Shown piece by piece: positions 33,421 to 46,516 of a stretch of 64,000 nt of DNA (positions within the stretch are counted from its first letter, which is position 1; every line of letters begins with the position of its first letter). This DNA comes from Leidyana gryllorum EB-2025a (Eukaryota; Protista; Apicomplexa), in assembly GCA_048772705.1 (NCBI GenBank), contig JBLWGC010000202.1, positions 267,904 to 331,903 of the forward strand. The letters run 5' to 3'. The notes below the pieces were generated by a model that ran no database searches, was not told the origin of the DNA, and saw nothing but the letters and a program-made list of their open reading frames with translations. A program made the position numbers and the translations under genes.

Positions 33421-35236
33421 ATGTCACGAGCGTGGATAACAAACAATGATATCTACTGGTGTCAGATCCTCCGGTTTCTGCCTCTCTGTGAACTCCCTCG
33501 AGTAGCTGGAGTGTGCACCAGACTCAGACGCTTGCTGACTGGGACTCCGCCTGGATTTCGGCCTCGTCACCTCGAGTTGCACCAGCCTCTCCACCTCCAA
33601 TTGGTCCAGCGCCCATGGTTTGATACGTGGCTTAAGGCAATATGTGCCACTTTGGAGAGTTTGGAAGTGGTACAGGGCCGATGTCGACCCTCCAATTGGT
33701 CACTCCGCCTGCTGGTGAAACTCTCCAACTGGGGTCTGCCGCAGCTGCGAAGACTTCGAGTGAGTGGCTGTCTGATTTTCGATGACTACAGACTGCTGCA
33801 ACACTCACTGGTGCTTCCCAAATTGACCCACTTGGATCTCTCAACTGCCAAAATCTGGCCCGGATTGGATCTGACTGTCAAGGCGGTCGAGATTGAGGCC
33901 CCCGAGCTCAGTCTGATCGTTTTGCCCTCGAATGTTCCCTCATGTGTCAGCCACAGTCTTGTGAACACAAAGTGTTCATCACCCTTCCCGTCCGTGAATG
34001 TGTTTGGAAGAGCGGCCCCAGTTCAACAGGAGTGCACTTCTCCGACAAACGCCGATTCCAATCTGCGCTGCAGATCTCCAGCAGAGTCAGTTGCTTCGGC
34101 TTTCCCACATCTTTTCGACACTCGACTTGTCCAGGTGTGATGGGAGCTGTTTCAGCACTAATGAATGGGACTATGCGACGGTCTTGTGTCGAGAACGCAC
34201 ATTCAGACAGCTTGCAGCCCACGTCAGAAGTGCAGTGACTCTGCGCGATAGAAGCGTCATGTGTGTACCTCCAGGAGATGCCTGGTTCCGTTTGGCAACC
34301 ACTCTTCGTCTGGAGGAAGCCCCGACCGAACTGGCATGGCTCCCACTGGTCACGGCGAAGCCTTCCCATGCGGACTTCATGGCCTCAGCGCCCAGAGGCA
34401 CCGTTTACTGGGCCGCGGACGGTCCGAAGGGACCGCTTGAGGATTGGGCGGCCGCGAAATCGGTGATCTACTGTGACGGACCTGAAAATCAACGTGTGGA
34501 ACGCCCCTGGGCCGCCCCCGAATACGATCACATTTGGCGGACCGAGTATGTTCAGCTACCCCTGGCGGTTTGGGGAGGGGCTTCTGTTCATAATTTCTCG
34601 AGCCCGGTCGATCCAAAGCATATTCGAGTGGGTCTGCTTTTCACAAATGCGTATGTTGACGTTGACGGCATTCGTGCCGACATTGAAGGGCCAATGATCA
34701 CCCACATTGGCGTTGTGGGATTCAGCCGGTCCATTGACTTTTGGGTTAAACTTTATTCCGTCGGTCACGCAATCTGGCGGTACACTGGGAGACAGCTAAG
34801 ATTCGGGCTGCAAGCCGTTCCCATCCCCAAGTATCCCTGGCATATGGTCTTCTGGGAACTGGCGTCCGGTGAATACAGCGATGAGACGCTCAAAGCGTTG
34901 TACACCTGGATAGGCCTACCTGACGACGAAATATCGGAATATCTAAAGTCCTCTTTTGAAGACAAAAGGGTCCCTTGGCGGAGAGTGGAAGACATTGTCC
35001 ACATCGCTGGGACAAACATCCAGCTGTGGACCGAGAGGGACAATGTGCCTCTTGCACAACTTCAGGAGTGGTACTCGAAAAGGCTGTGTGCAACTCTACC
35101 GCAAGCACAACCAGCTCTCTCCTGGAGAGATTCTGACATTTTCAGAATCACTCCGTATGATGCCTGGATCAGACATCGCGTTCTGTGCCACAAACGTCAC
35201 GAACTTCTGCAGTGGAACATCTTGGCTACTTTCTAA
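33421..35236 (+). CDS. F-box/LRR-like protein, 588 aa, 2 exons
   Basis: F-box YWCQILRFLPLCELPRVAGVCTRLRRLL and LRR-like LPQLRRLRV/LPKLTHLDLS. A phase-2 intron at 34086..34134 joins 33421..34140 to 33998..35236. Confidence 0.82.
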
Positions 35237-35490
35237 CCGTTTCATCTAACCGTTTCAGTTATTTATGGGCGTCTGTCCGACATTCAACTTTTCTGGGGCG
35301 ACTTTGCCTCTCACTGTTCGACTATCTCATCTAATTTCACATTCGGCTGACAACTTTTCCCAACGGACGCGTGCCCCCTCGGAGCCTTTCCCTTTTCGGA
35401 AAGCTCCCGGTATCAATGCTAACATCTCATCTTGTCGGAAAGTGTGACCAGTTCTTGGGAAACGGGCGAATTAGATACTTTGGGGCCACC

Positions 35491-36531
35491 TGCAGCGCGC
35501 TGCAGCCTGCGTCGTTTGAATGAATAGATGTGTACTGTCATTCCAGCCGTTCTTACTGCTCACCTCGCTTTGTAAGGGAACATTGGACACTTGAATATCC
35601 GGAATATTCTTTGAACTCTAGTTTACTCTCTTTTCAGCTGCGTGTCTTCAAGCCAACCGAGCTGTATATCTGCGTCACAGAGGATAGTGAGCTCAAGCTT
35701 TGCAGCTTTCAGACATGTGAGGATCTCATAGATATCGTGATCGCGTTTCTCTGTGTCCAGCTCGTCGTCCTCATCTACATCGACGAAGAGCTCGCCACCA
35801 TCAATAAGCAGTTTGGTCACGTGATTGAGTCTTGATGGTGAGCTGTGCCCAACAGCAACTCCGAGTAGAGTTTCAAGGGAGACATAGCCAAGGAGCCGAC
35901 CGGTTCAAGTCGCAGACGACATATGAGACGTCCGCGCGAGTAAGCGGTACCATTATTTTCTATCACAAAGTTACATTGACAGTTGGGATCATTCTGGAGG
36001 CGAAGACCATTTTCCGGGCGCCAAGAACTGCTCTCCAAAGTGGCGAGCAGCTCACTACCGTGATTTGATCAACTACAAAACCGGGCGCCCATTCATACAG
36101 TTCGTGAATCTCATCCATATCCACCGTGGTGTAACTGAAGGTGTCCAGAATCATCCATTGCTGCTGCACATTGTCGTTCTCGAATTCTAAAATGATACTC
36201 GATATGGCACCCACAACTCGTCCCGCCTCACTCCTGTTCCGCTGGAGAACAGTGACAATGAGACCCGGGCACCAAAAAGTCCACCGGGCGGGTCCACGAC
36301 AATTGCAGCACCGTCATATTGACATAACATCTAACATCGGCCGGTTTGGCCAACGCAATAGCAGACGTCAGCCGCAATGTCGCATAAATCGATTTTTCGT
36401 TCCAGACGAACATTTAACTACAGCTTCCATCAGCGTAAAGGACCCATTCAACTTCTGTCCTCTTCGCCCTCCTCATCCAGTGAGACAGAGGACGGGATTC
36501 TTCAACACGGTCAGCTTCACGCATCGGCCAT
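35491..36531 (-). pseudogene. Indel-ridden mirror copy of the 51684..52715 gene (probably uncorrected sequence)
   Basis: Reverse complement of 51684..52715 with multiple frameshifts. Confidence 0.7.
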
Positions 36532-37033
36532 TGGTCACAAATTTGAACACCACACGATAGAAGCCGACAGGCGAGAGCGAGAGCGAGAGAGAGACACACA
36601 CACACACACATACACACAGACAGGCAAGCGGCCCCGGTGCAGTCTGTGTCACCCACCTTCGCACCCCGGTGTCTAACCATTGTTGTTCATGTTGCTATGG
36701 GTTGTGACTGTGTCTCGTTCCGGAGTAAACCCCTATTATAGCTGGTGGAGTGGTGCCAGTAGCACGGCTAATGGGAAGAGAAAGCTGACTGGAGAGAGTG
36801 TGGCGAGGTTGACACATATCACTTGGCTGAACCTGATAGTGCTTTTTGGCGGGGATCCGATCTTTTCATTCGTCGTCTGATTGTGGGTTGCGACACCGAC
36901 AAGGGGCCTACCTCCCAGTCCCATCCCCATCCCAGGGTAGTCCCAGTCCCAATCCAAATCCAGTACAGTCCTGTGCTATGGGTACGCCCAGTTTTCGAGA
37001 GAAGCAGTGTAAGTGCGTGGCGGTGGACGAGAA

Positions 37034-40000
37034 ATGGAAAGCGATACCAGTCGTTCCAGTAGTGGACACGGAGTCAAGCCGCGGTCTGCCTTCAACTTGC
37101 GAGTTCTTCGGTATGGTGGGCGGATGAATCGACATTCGTGGCGGCCTTTGGAACCGCCTGAACTTCACAGGCGGTCTGGGATGGGTGAAGTGGTGATCTG
37201 AATTGATTGATTTTGTGTCCTCAACGTGTTTCGTGCAGCCACTCTTCTTCATCTCATTCGGTGATATGTTGGATGCAATGGATTGGAGGTTGATCGGTCG
37301 CTATCTGCGATCGATAACGCGGCTGGGGGCTGGAGTGTTCGTTCTATGTTGGATGATGATGAGCTGCAGAAGAGCAAGACATGTGCGCGATCAGATTCTG
37401 ATTTCGTCAAGGCAATAACTCGACAAGAAATGGACGGTTCGATCAGTTTGATCGAGGTACGCCACGAAGTTGAATCTGTCCGAGCATGACGCTCTCCGAT
37501 CGGGAAGTCGTTGTAGTGTTCGAGAATCTCGGAATGTTCGTGGGCTGTTACGGGCTCGCTTTCTACGAGGATGGCAATTGACACTGATCGCTAGTGTCAC
37601 AGTAATACCTATCGTTGTCATATGCACCTTCATGACGTCTCTTGGCCAGTGCCGGGGCACGCGCTTCTTGTCACAGCCGGAAGTTTGGCCGAGGAGGCTA
37701 TTGCCGCGATTCGAGCATTGCCGCTCTGGGCTTGAGAGGCGTATTACGGGAATATACCAAATACACGCATGAGGTTTCCGTCAAGTGCCGCGGTGCACTG
37801 GCTGTGGGTCTCGGACTGGGCGGCATGGCGCTCTTTGACTTTAGCACGCAGAAGCAGTATTTGGGATGTGGTATGGAACGAGGCTGACGGCTAATGACAT
37901 TGAGAAATATGGCTACTATGAGTGTCTGGAGTACGAGTATTTGGGGTGTTTCGATGCGGGGCGAGCGTTTGCCATTGTGTTACTGCTCGTGACGGGCGCG
38001 TACTGCGATCGGCCAAGTTGGCCCTGGACTCAATGCCTTGGCGCGAGCGTCGGGGCTGTTTGTGAGATCGAGGCTTTGACCACTCGGACTTCTCTGATGA
38101 ATCCGGAGAGTGAGGAGGGAATGAAAAATGTCGCCGGACGGGATCCCGAACCGCTTGCGCGGCCACACGACGCTCGCATTCTCATATCCAACGCGCCCGG
38201 ACAAGCGGATCTTCACCGGGTCTAACCTCCAGATCCCTGCTGGGAAGACTGTCGCTTTAGTGGGCGGCAGTGGAGCGGTAAAAGTACAATTGTCCAATTA
38301 CTGGAGCGGTACTACGATCCGCTGGAGGGTCGGCGCACACCTTCATTGACGGCGAGGATTTGTTGAATTACAACCTCAAGTGGATCAGAAGTCGGATAGC
38401 ATTGGTATCACAGGAACCCAAGTTGTTCGCCGCGAGTATAAGAGACAATATCAAAGCCGGAGGGATCCGGATTTGCGACCAAGTCACCGAGTCTGAGATG
38501 ATCACCGCGGCGAGGAATTCGAATGCTCACAACTTTATTATGGGGTTCCCTCGCCATTACGATACTTACTGTGGCGAAGGACAGTTGAACTGGCGGTCAG
38601 AAACAGCGCATCGCATATGGCCCGTTCGATCGTTCGCGACCCTCTAACCCCAGATGACTGAAGCCACAAGTGCGTTGGACAATGAGTCAGAGAAGATCGT
38701 GCAGGAGACTCTCGATAATTCTGGTGGCTAAGATCAAGAAAACGACTATAATCATCGCCCATCGGCTCAGCACTGTACGCAAGGCGGATCTCATCATAGT
38801 TTTGGACGCTGCTGATGACGGCAGTGGGTCCGTGGTGGTCGAACAAGGGACACACGAGGAACTGATGAAGCTGGAGAATGGCCTCTATCACTCGCTCGTA
38901 CGCAATCAAGAGAATACCAAAGAGGACCCTGTGGCTGAGACATGCATGTCGAGGTGGCGAGCTCTTTGAGGCCGATCTGCGAAACGAGATCAGAGTCTGC
39001 TGCATCTGAGGAAAAAGTTCTCGGCTTAGCCATGCCTCTCTCCGGAGCAAAGGAGCTTCGCTTCGCTCACGAGACCAATGGAGACCGGAGCCGTTTTGGA
39101 CTTGTGCGAGCCAAAGACAATCGGGGGTCCGAGAGAGGTGTGATGGGCGGAAGTGGGGCCGACACGTGCCGGGACCGGGGTTCGAGCACAGCCTTAGGCG
39201 CCGCATCCGCCGCTCCGCGGATGCATGTGGCCAACGTTTGGTGTTGTGGTCGGCTTCTTCATCAGTCCTTCTACTCGGACATCCCGGACGAAGTCCGTGC
39301 TGGGGCATGTGGGGCCGAGTGTTTATTGGATATGCCGTCGTTATGAGCATAGGTCAATTCGGGCAGTATTACTTCTTTGGGACCAATGGGACGAGATCGA
39401 CACAGTTGCTCCGAGTGCAAACATTCGGAGAGTATTATGCACCAAGACATGGCGTTCTTTGACGATCCTGTGAACACTACGGGGAACCTGAGCGAGATTC
39501 TGAGCGCTGATGTTCTGGCTGACTGAAGGATGGGTGGGAGAGAATGTCGGCGTGACACCGTGCATCGCCAGTATCATCACGGCCATCGTGATTGGTTTTG
39601 AGGCCGACCTGAAGCTGGAGCGGCTCCAGCGTACATTGTACACAACAAGTTTGGCGGTCTATCGCGTGCCAGCGATACAGTCAATCGTGGAGAGGGTCAA
39701 GAAGGGGCCGGTTTCGTGGTCACGGAGACGATATCAAACATGCGGATGATCGCCGCGTATTCTCGTTGGAGAAGCACATGTGTGATCGGTATCATGCGAT
39801 CGCGGAATGCGATTATCTCCACGGCAAACGTCGAGGAACAATCGCCAGTGTGGCCTATGCTCTCGTGTCGCGGCGAGTACTACTGTCAGGGCATTTTATT
39901 ACTATGGTGCCAGACTGATTGAGACGGGAAGCATTTCCACCAACCAGATGATCCGGCAACAACCGCCTTCGTCCTGGCCGCTCACTGCATCGGTCTGAGT

Positions 40001-40914
40001 ATGGCCTATGCAGTCGACAACACCGCCATAAAGGAGGCCGCTGCCCGAATCTGGCGATAAAGAATCGAATACCGAAAGTGGATGCCAGGAGTCAGGAGGG
40101 AAGGACGTTGAAGCGGAGGGCTTGAGACTTCTTTGACCTTCAACAATGTCAAATTCCGATACCCGCAACGGATTGACGTTCCGGTTTATAACGGGTTGTC
40201 CTTGTGTCATTTGAGAGGCCAGGTGGTAGCTTTGGTCGGTCCCAGCGGGTGTGGCAAGTCATAGACGTACAACTGATAACGGTTCTACGATGTCAGTGAA
40301 GATGCGAGATTGAATGTGGATATTGACGGAGACAAAAAGTGCCGGTGGAAACACCTCCCAAATGGACGGAATCGATATTCGTGATCTCAACGTTCGTTCA
40401 CTCCGCTCCACCATTGGACTTGTGAGTCAGGAACGGTGCTCTTCAACGAAAGCATTGCTGAGTATCGCGATGGCCAAAGAAGGGGGCGCCACGCTGGAGG
40501 AGGTGGGTAAGGCGGTCTGCAACTTGAATGCCCACGAGTTCATCATGCGATTGCCGGATGGTTACAAGACCCGTGCGGCAAAGGCGGTGGGAGGCTGAGT
40601 GGTGGTCAGAAGCAACGCATCGCCATCGCTCGAGTCTCATTTGAAATCCTTCACTCCTCATCTTGGATGAAGCAAAAACGAGTGCACTCGACACTGAAAG
40701 CGAAAAGATTGTGCAATCCGCCAGATGATCTCCTCCAAAGATATAAAACCACCACATTCGTGACCGCCACTCAGATGTCCGAGACGCGGATAAGATTGGC
40801 AGACGGTGAACGAGCATGGAGGGGTCTACGGTAGCTGAGACGGGAACCCATAATCAATTGATGAGTCTGAAGAATGGCATCTATCGTCGCCTAGTCGAAG
40901 CTGCCAATCGATAG
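37034..40914 (+). pseudogene. Indel-ridden mirror copy of the ABCB/MDR transporter (probably uncorrected sequence)
   Basis: Colinear reverse complement of 47190..51196. It spans 3881 nt versus 4007 nt, with dozens of small deletions. Confidence 0.8.
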
Positions 40915-43900
40915 TCACAACCAAAACTGCAGACGAACATCGCTTTCCCGCCCACGATATTGGCACTCGACGTGGTGGTGGTCGGCGCTCTCCGAGTCAA
41001 ACTAGTGACCGTTCAAGCCGCGATAAGTTGCTGACCGTACCTCTGCCCCGTTATACACTCTCTGCCACACGAAACTTCTCGAAATGGCAAATCTACACCC
41101 CTCACTGCGGAGAGGCCACACACACTGGTGGGCTGACTGGGAGACAGCGAGACAAGCTAGCTCTCCTCCCTTCAATCTGATCACTCTTCATGTCAGATTG
41201 TATGATCTGAAACTCGGTGTGAAGACTCGTTCTTTTCACCCCATTTGATGGCTTCCACGAGTGGTCTCGCCACCTGACTCACTCAGCCAGCCGGGGGACG
41301 TCAATCGAATCCTGCAAGACACTGTTTTAGTGGGGGGCACTCACATATGCCACGTGTAACATATAATCAGAAGCGGCAAAGTGTCATGAGACTGCATCAC
41401 TGTCAACGAGTTTTGTCGAAGAGACAATCGACTTTTTGCGTCGACCGCTCCTCAGCACATTTTGGATCACCAGTGTTGAATCTTTCGAAGAAAGACCCCC
41501 AATAAGTGTTCATACAGAGCTGCTTTTGTATCGAGTCGTGTAGTGAACACGCCTCGTCTTTGCAATCTAATTCGTGACCGGCTGCACCGGCTGCTCGTCA
41601 TATTCGTCCTCCTCCTAGCTCGACGGAGGCGGACGGACTATCAATGGGTTCCGTACCGGCCTCAGTCGATCGCGCATTGTTTCGTCCATTAGTTGTCACT
41701 CCGGTTCGAAATCAGTGCCGAGCACACACGTGTGTTCGGATGTGGTGTCTCCGTGTCAGCCGGCACCAAATCACCGCCGGTACATTACGGCCATGCAAAA
41801 TAAAATAAAACCGAAGACTAAAAGAGGTTCACTAAACTAGGGTTATGAGTACCCTACCATTTGGTGTCACACAAGGGTTCGCTGGATCACAGTCCCACGC
41901 TCTTTCTGAATTACGACAGTGTCCAGCCTCAACCGGTAATGTGTTCTTGAGCACCAGAAGTTATGCATCAAGCGTTAGCAAGCTCTCGGCTGGAGGCGGG
42001 CTGTTTTTCAGTCGGGACTAAGAGAGACAGACAAAATAGTCCGTGCAACTCGATCAAGAGACCGACAGCCACGATTCATTGTGAGACGGTGATTCATAGA
42101 CACTTAAGAGGATTGGGGTCCAAACACCGAAGTCTCGTCCGATACCCGAGTGAAGAGCGATGGACCTACAACGGTGACACTCTGACTCCGAAGAGGCCTC
42201 AGACACGAGAAATCCCAATTCCAGCGGAGAATCGCAGTCGGCTGTCAGATATTCACGTGCGGCCGACGCATGCCCTCCCTGAGAGCTGAGACAAGACTGA
42301 AGCAGTCATTACAAATGCTTTCGGTGATTAAATGGTTACAATTCCCGCCAGCCGGTCTGTGGATCGTTGGAATCATTTGAGCGACTTTGCCGTCTGCGGG
42401 AGAACGAGAATTCGAACAGACGAGCCCGGCCTGTACGCAGCCGCTGTTGGTTTTCCTGTGAGGTTTTCCTCACACGTATCCCAATGTTCAGATAGAGATT
42501 CATTCTAGAAAACTGAAATGCCAACAGGCAACATCGTGTACATCACAAACAAGGGCTCCCTCGCCAAGGTCGGACCTCATTGAGTGTCCACCTCCGTCTT
42601 GGACACTGCTAACCACGACTGTGTGGTCCTCTATTGAGAATGCGAGGACCCAACTAGTGCCCACCAAAAGGCATTCTTCAAGAACTCGCGGTGGTGAGCA
42701 AAGCTCTTCGCCTCCTTACGGTGAGTGGCTTTCCACTCGCTTCGTGTGAAGAGACCGCGACCGCGGTGGAACTTTTTAGTTCCATTGCGGTCGTTGTGTC
42801 AAGCGGGGAGAGTATTCATTAGCCCATAGTTAGGACGCCATTTTGATGTCAGTCTGCCTTACCAGACTGCTTTTGCTTTGTGCTTAATTACGAACCAATG
42901 TGTATATCTCCGATTATTCAAAAGCCTCCGTAACCCCTTCGCATCACTTCATCCGGTCTTTGCCAAGTAATAAACCGCGCTTCCGCCATAACCCTCCGCG
43001 CGATCAATCAGAATACTTTTGGATCGGGAATCTCGACGGCTTCTTGACCTCCTCAAAATTCCCAACGTTTTTTGGCCACTTTTGCGCAAAGCCATTGTTA
43101 CTGTCTCCGTCTATCGGGCCACTCGCCACTTAGCCTTCCAGAGATGGACAGAACAGTCAGTGCAACTCGATTAGACAGAGGCGGTGCGTAGAATCATTGA
43201 GGGTGGATGATTTAAAGGATAGTTGAGGGGATGTGAACAGAGCCCTCATCTGATACCGGAGACATGCGAGGGGCGGACACTTCCAAGGGTGAGACTCTGA
43301 GGCTCCGAAAGGGGCCGGCATTCGTTCACCGAAAAAATACACGCTGTAATTATTTCCACTGCCTTTAGTCACTGTTTCTCCCTCATTACCCTACCGACCA
43401 CTGGTTGTCAAGCCCGTAGATAACCACAAAGTATCATGCGGCGCCAGATCTATGCAAAAAACTTCAACTTGGTAAAAGACACGAACTTTGAACCGCTTTG
43501 AGCTACGGGATGCGCGTTCTGTATCGTGGCAGACATTCTGGCTAAGTTTGGCAGTTCGGATTAGTCGGACAAGTAAAAAGGTCGAGCTTCGCACATGTGT
43601 GTGTCTTGCTCTTCGGCCTGATGAGAGTCGTGGATGTCCTGTGACGTGGTGGGGTGGCATAAGGACCTCATGAGCCCCTCGTCAACCCGCTATTGTCGTT
43701 TGGATGATCGCAGAGCGGGGCGTGGCCCACGTGTGACAAAGCCTACCTCTCCTTGGGTACGTCCGGCTCGGGCGGTGTACCCGTCCAGGAGAGGTCCGCT
43801 GTCGTTGGCAAGTTTGCAGTTCCATTTCGAATACTGTGCGTGGCATATAATACAGAAACACATAGAGGTCCCCCACTTTACTCATGGGGAGTCTTCTTGA

Positions 43901-46206
43901 ACCATTTTACTCGTTCGATAAGCCAGACACGGCCCGACGAGGTAGTACTGTAGTATGGGATGATGGGAATGGAACGGTTGCGATTCTTCACATGCAGATC
44001 ATAATGCGCTAAGAAATTCTTAGCGCATTATGATCTGCATGTGAAGAATCGCAACCCGAACCCATTCCCATCATCCCATACTACGTACTACATTCAGTCG
44101 GGCCGTGTCTGGCTTATCGAACGAGTAAAATGGTTCCAAGAAGACTCCCCATGAGTAAAGTGGGGGACCTCTATGTGTTTCTGTACACTTGCTGTGCCAC
44201 GCACAGTATTCGAAATGGAACTGCAAACTTGCCAACAACAGCGGACCTCTCCTGGACGGGTACACCGCCCAGCCGGACGTCTACCCAAGGAGAGGTAGGC
44301 TTTGTCACACGTGGGCCACGCCCCGTTCTGCGATGCATCCAAACGACAATAGCGGGTTGACGAGGGGCTCATGAGGTCCTTATGCCACCCCACCACGTCA
44401 CAGGACATCCACGACTCCTTCATCAGGCCGAAGAGCAAGACACACACATGTGCGAACTCGACCTTTTTACTTGTCCGACTAATCCGAACTGCCAAACTTA
44501 GCCAGAATGTCTGCCACGATACAGAACGCGCGTCCGTAGGCTCAAAAGCTAAGAATCATTCCATGTCTTTACCAAGTTGAAGTTTTTTGCATAGATCTGG
44601 CGCGCATGATACTTTGTGGTTTATCTACGGGCTTGACGACCGCCGTCGGTGGGGTAATGAGGGAGAAAACAGTGACTAAAGGCAGTCGATAATTACAGCG
44701 TCGCTGTTTCGGTGAACGAATGCCGGCCCCTTCGGACCTCAGAGTCTCACCCTTGGAAGTGTACCACCCTCGCATGTCTCCGGTATCAGATGAGGCTCTG
44801 TTCACATCCCCTCAATCTATCCTTTAATCATCGCCCCTCAATGATTCTACGCCACCGCCTCTGTCTAATCGAGTTGCACTGACTGTTCTGTCCATCTCTG
44901 GAAGGCTAAGTGGCGAGTGACCCGATCAGACGGAGACAGTAACAATGGCTTTGCGCAAAAGTGGCCAAAAAACGTTCGGAATTTTCGAGGAGGTCAAGAG
45001 ACCATCGAGATTCCCGATCCAAAAGTATTCTGATTGATCGCGCGGAGGGTTATCACGGAGACGCCGCTATTACTTGGCAAAGTATTACCGGATGAAGTGA
45101 TGCGAAGGGGTTACGGAGGCTTTTGAATAATCGGAGATATACACATTGGTTCGTAATTAAGCACAAAGCAAAAGCAGTCTGGTAAGGCAGACTGACATCA
45201 AAATGGCGTCCTAACTATGGGCTAATGAATACTCTCCCCGCTTGACACAACGACCGCAATGGAACTAAAAAGTTCCACCGCAGTCGCCGTATCTCTCAGC
45301 ACGAAGCGAGTGAAAGCCACTCACCTCCCTAAGGAGGCGAAGAGCTTTGCTCACCACCGCGAGTTCTTGAAGAATGCCTTTTGGTGGGCACTAGTTGGGT
45401 CCTCGCATTCTCAATAGAGGACCACACAGTCGTGGTTAGCAGTGTCCAAGACGGAGGTGGACACTCAATGAGGTCCGACCTTTGGCGAGGACGCTTGTTT
45501 GTGATGTACACGATGTTGCCTGTTGGCATTTCGGTTTAGAATGAATCTCTATCTGAACATTCGGATACGTGTGAGGAAAACCTCACAGGAAAACCAACGC
45601 CCAGGGCTGCGTACGGCCGGGCTCGTCTGTTCGAATTCTCGTTCTCCCGCAGACGGCAAAGTCGCTCAAATGATTCCAACGATCCACAGACTGCGGCTGG
45701 CGGGAATTGTAACCATTTAATCACCGAAAAGAGACTTTGTAATGACTGCTTCCAGTCTTTGTCTCACTCTCAATTAAGGGAGGGCAGTCACATCGGCCGC
45801 ACGTGAATATCTGACAGCCGACTGCGATATCTCCGCTGGAATTGGGATTTCTACGTGTCTGAGGCCTCTTCAGAGTGAGAGTGTCACCGTTGTAGGTCCA
45901 TCGCTCTTTCGTGTCTCCGGGTATCGGACGAGACTCCGTGTTGGACCCCAATCCTCTTAAGTGTCTATGAATCACCGTCTCACAATGAATCGTGGCTGTC
46001 CGGCTCTCTCTGATCGAGTTGCACGGACTATTTTGTCTGTCTCTCTTAGTCCCGACTGAAAAACAGCCCGCCTCCATACCAGGCCGAGAGCTTTGCTAAC
46101 GCTTGATGCATAACTTCTGGTGCTCAGAAATTGGTTTGACACATTACCGGTTGAGGCTGGACACTGTCGTGATTCAGAAAGAGCGTGGGACTGTGATCCG
46201 TCAAAC

Positions 46207-46516
46207 CCTTGTGTGACACCAAATGGTAGGGTACTACAACCCTAGTTTAGTGAACCTCTCTTTTGCATCTTCGGTTTTATTTTATTTTGCATGTGGTAAT
46301 CTACGGCGGTGATTTGGTGCCGGCTGACACGGAGACACCGGCATCCAAACACACGTGTGTGCTCGGCACTGACGAACCGGAGTGACGACTAATGGACGAA
46401 ACAATGCGCGATGGACTAAGATCTAAGGCGGGTACGGAACCCATTGATAGTCCGTCCGCCTCCGTCGAGCTGGAGGAGGAGGACGAATATGACGAGCAGC
46501 CGGTGCAGCCGGTCAC
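46207..46516 (+). repeat. Dispersed repeat of about 310 bp (copy B; mirror at about 41574-41876)
   Basis: Paralogue of 28580..28866. Both carry a short acidic reading frame (MRDGLRSKAGTEPIDSPSASVELEEEDEYDEQPVQPVTN*). Confidence 0.85.

Noticed and set aside
32157-34140. Programmed ribosomal frameshifting in the F-box genes (overlapping ORF pairs conserved in both arms)
   Set aside because: The shifts differ in direction (-1 versus +1), and both are resolved exactly by canonical GT-AG introns at 32250..32287 and 34086..34134.
37034-40914. Genuine ancient ABCB pseudogene
   Set aside because: Neighbouring parts of the same duplication are nearly identical and the lesions are small deletions and garbled patches, which fits sequencing error. 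It is typed as pseudogene only descriptively.
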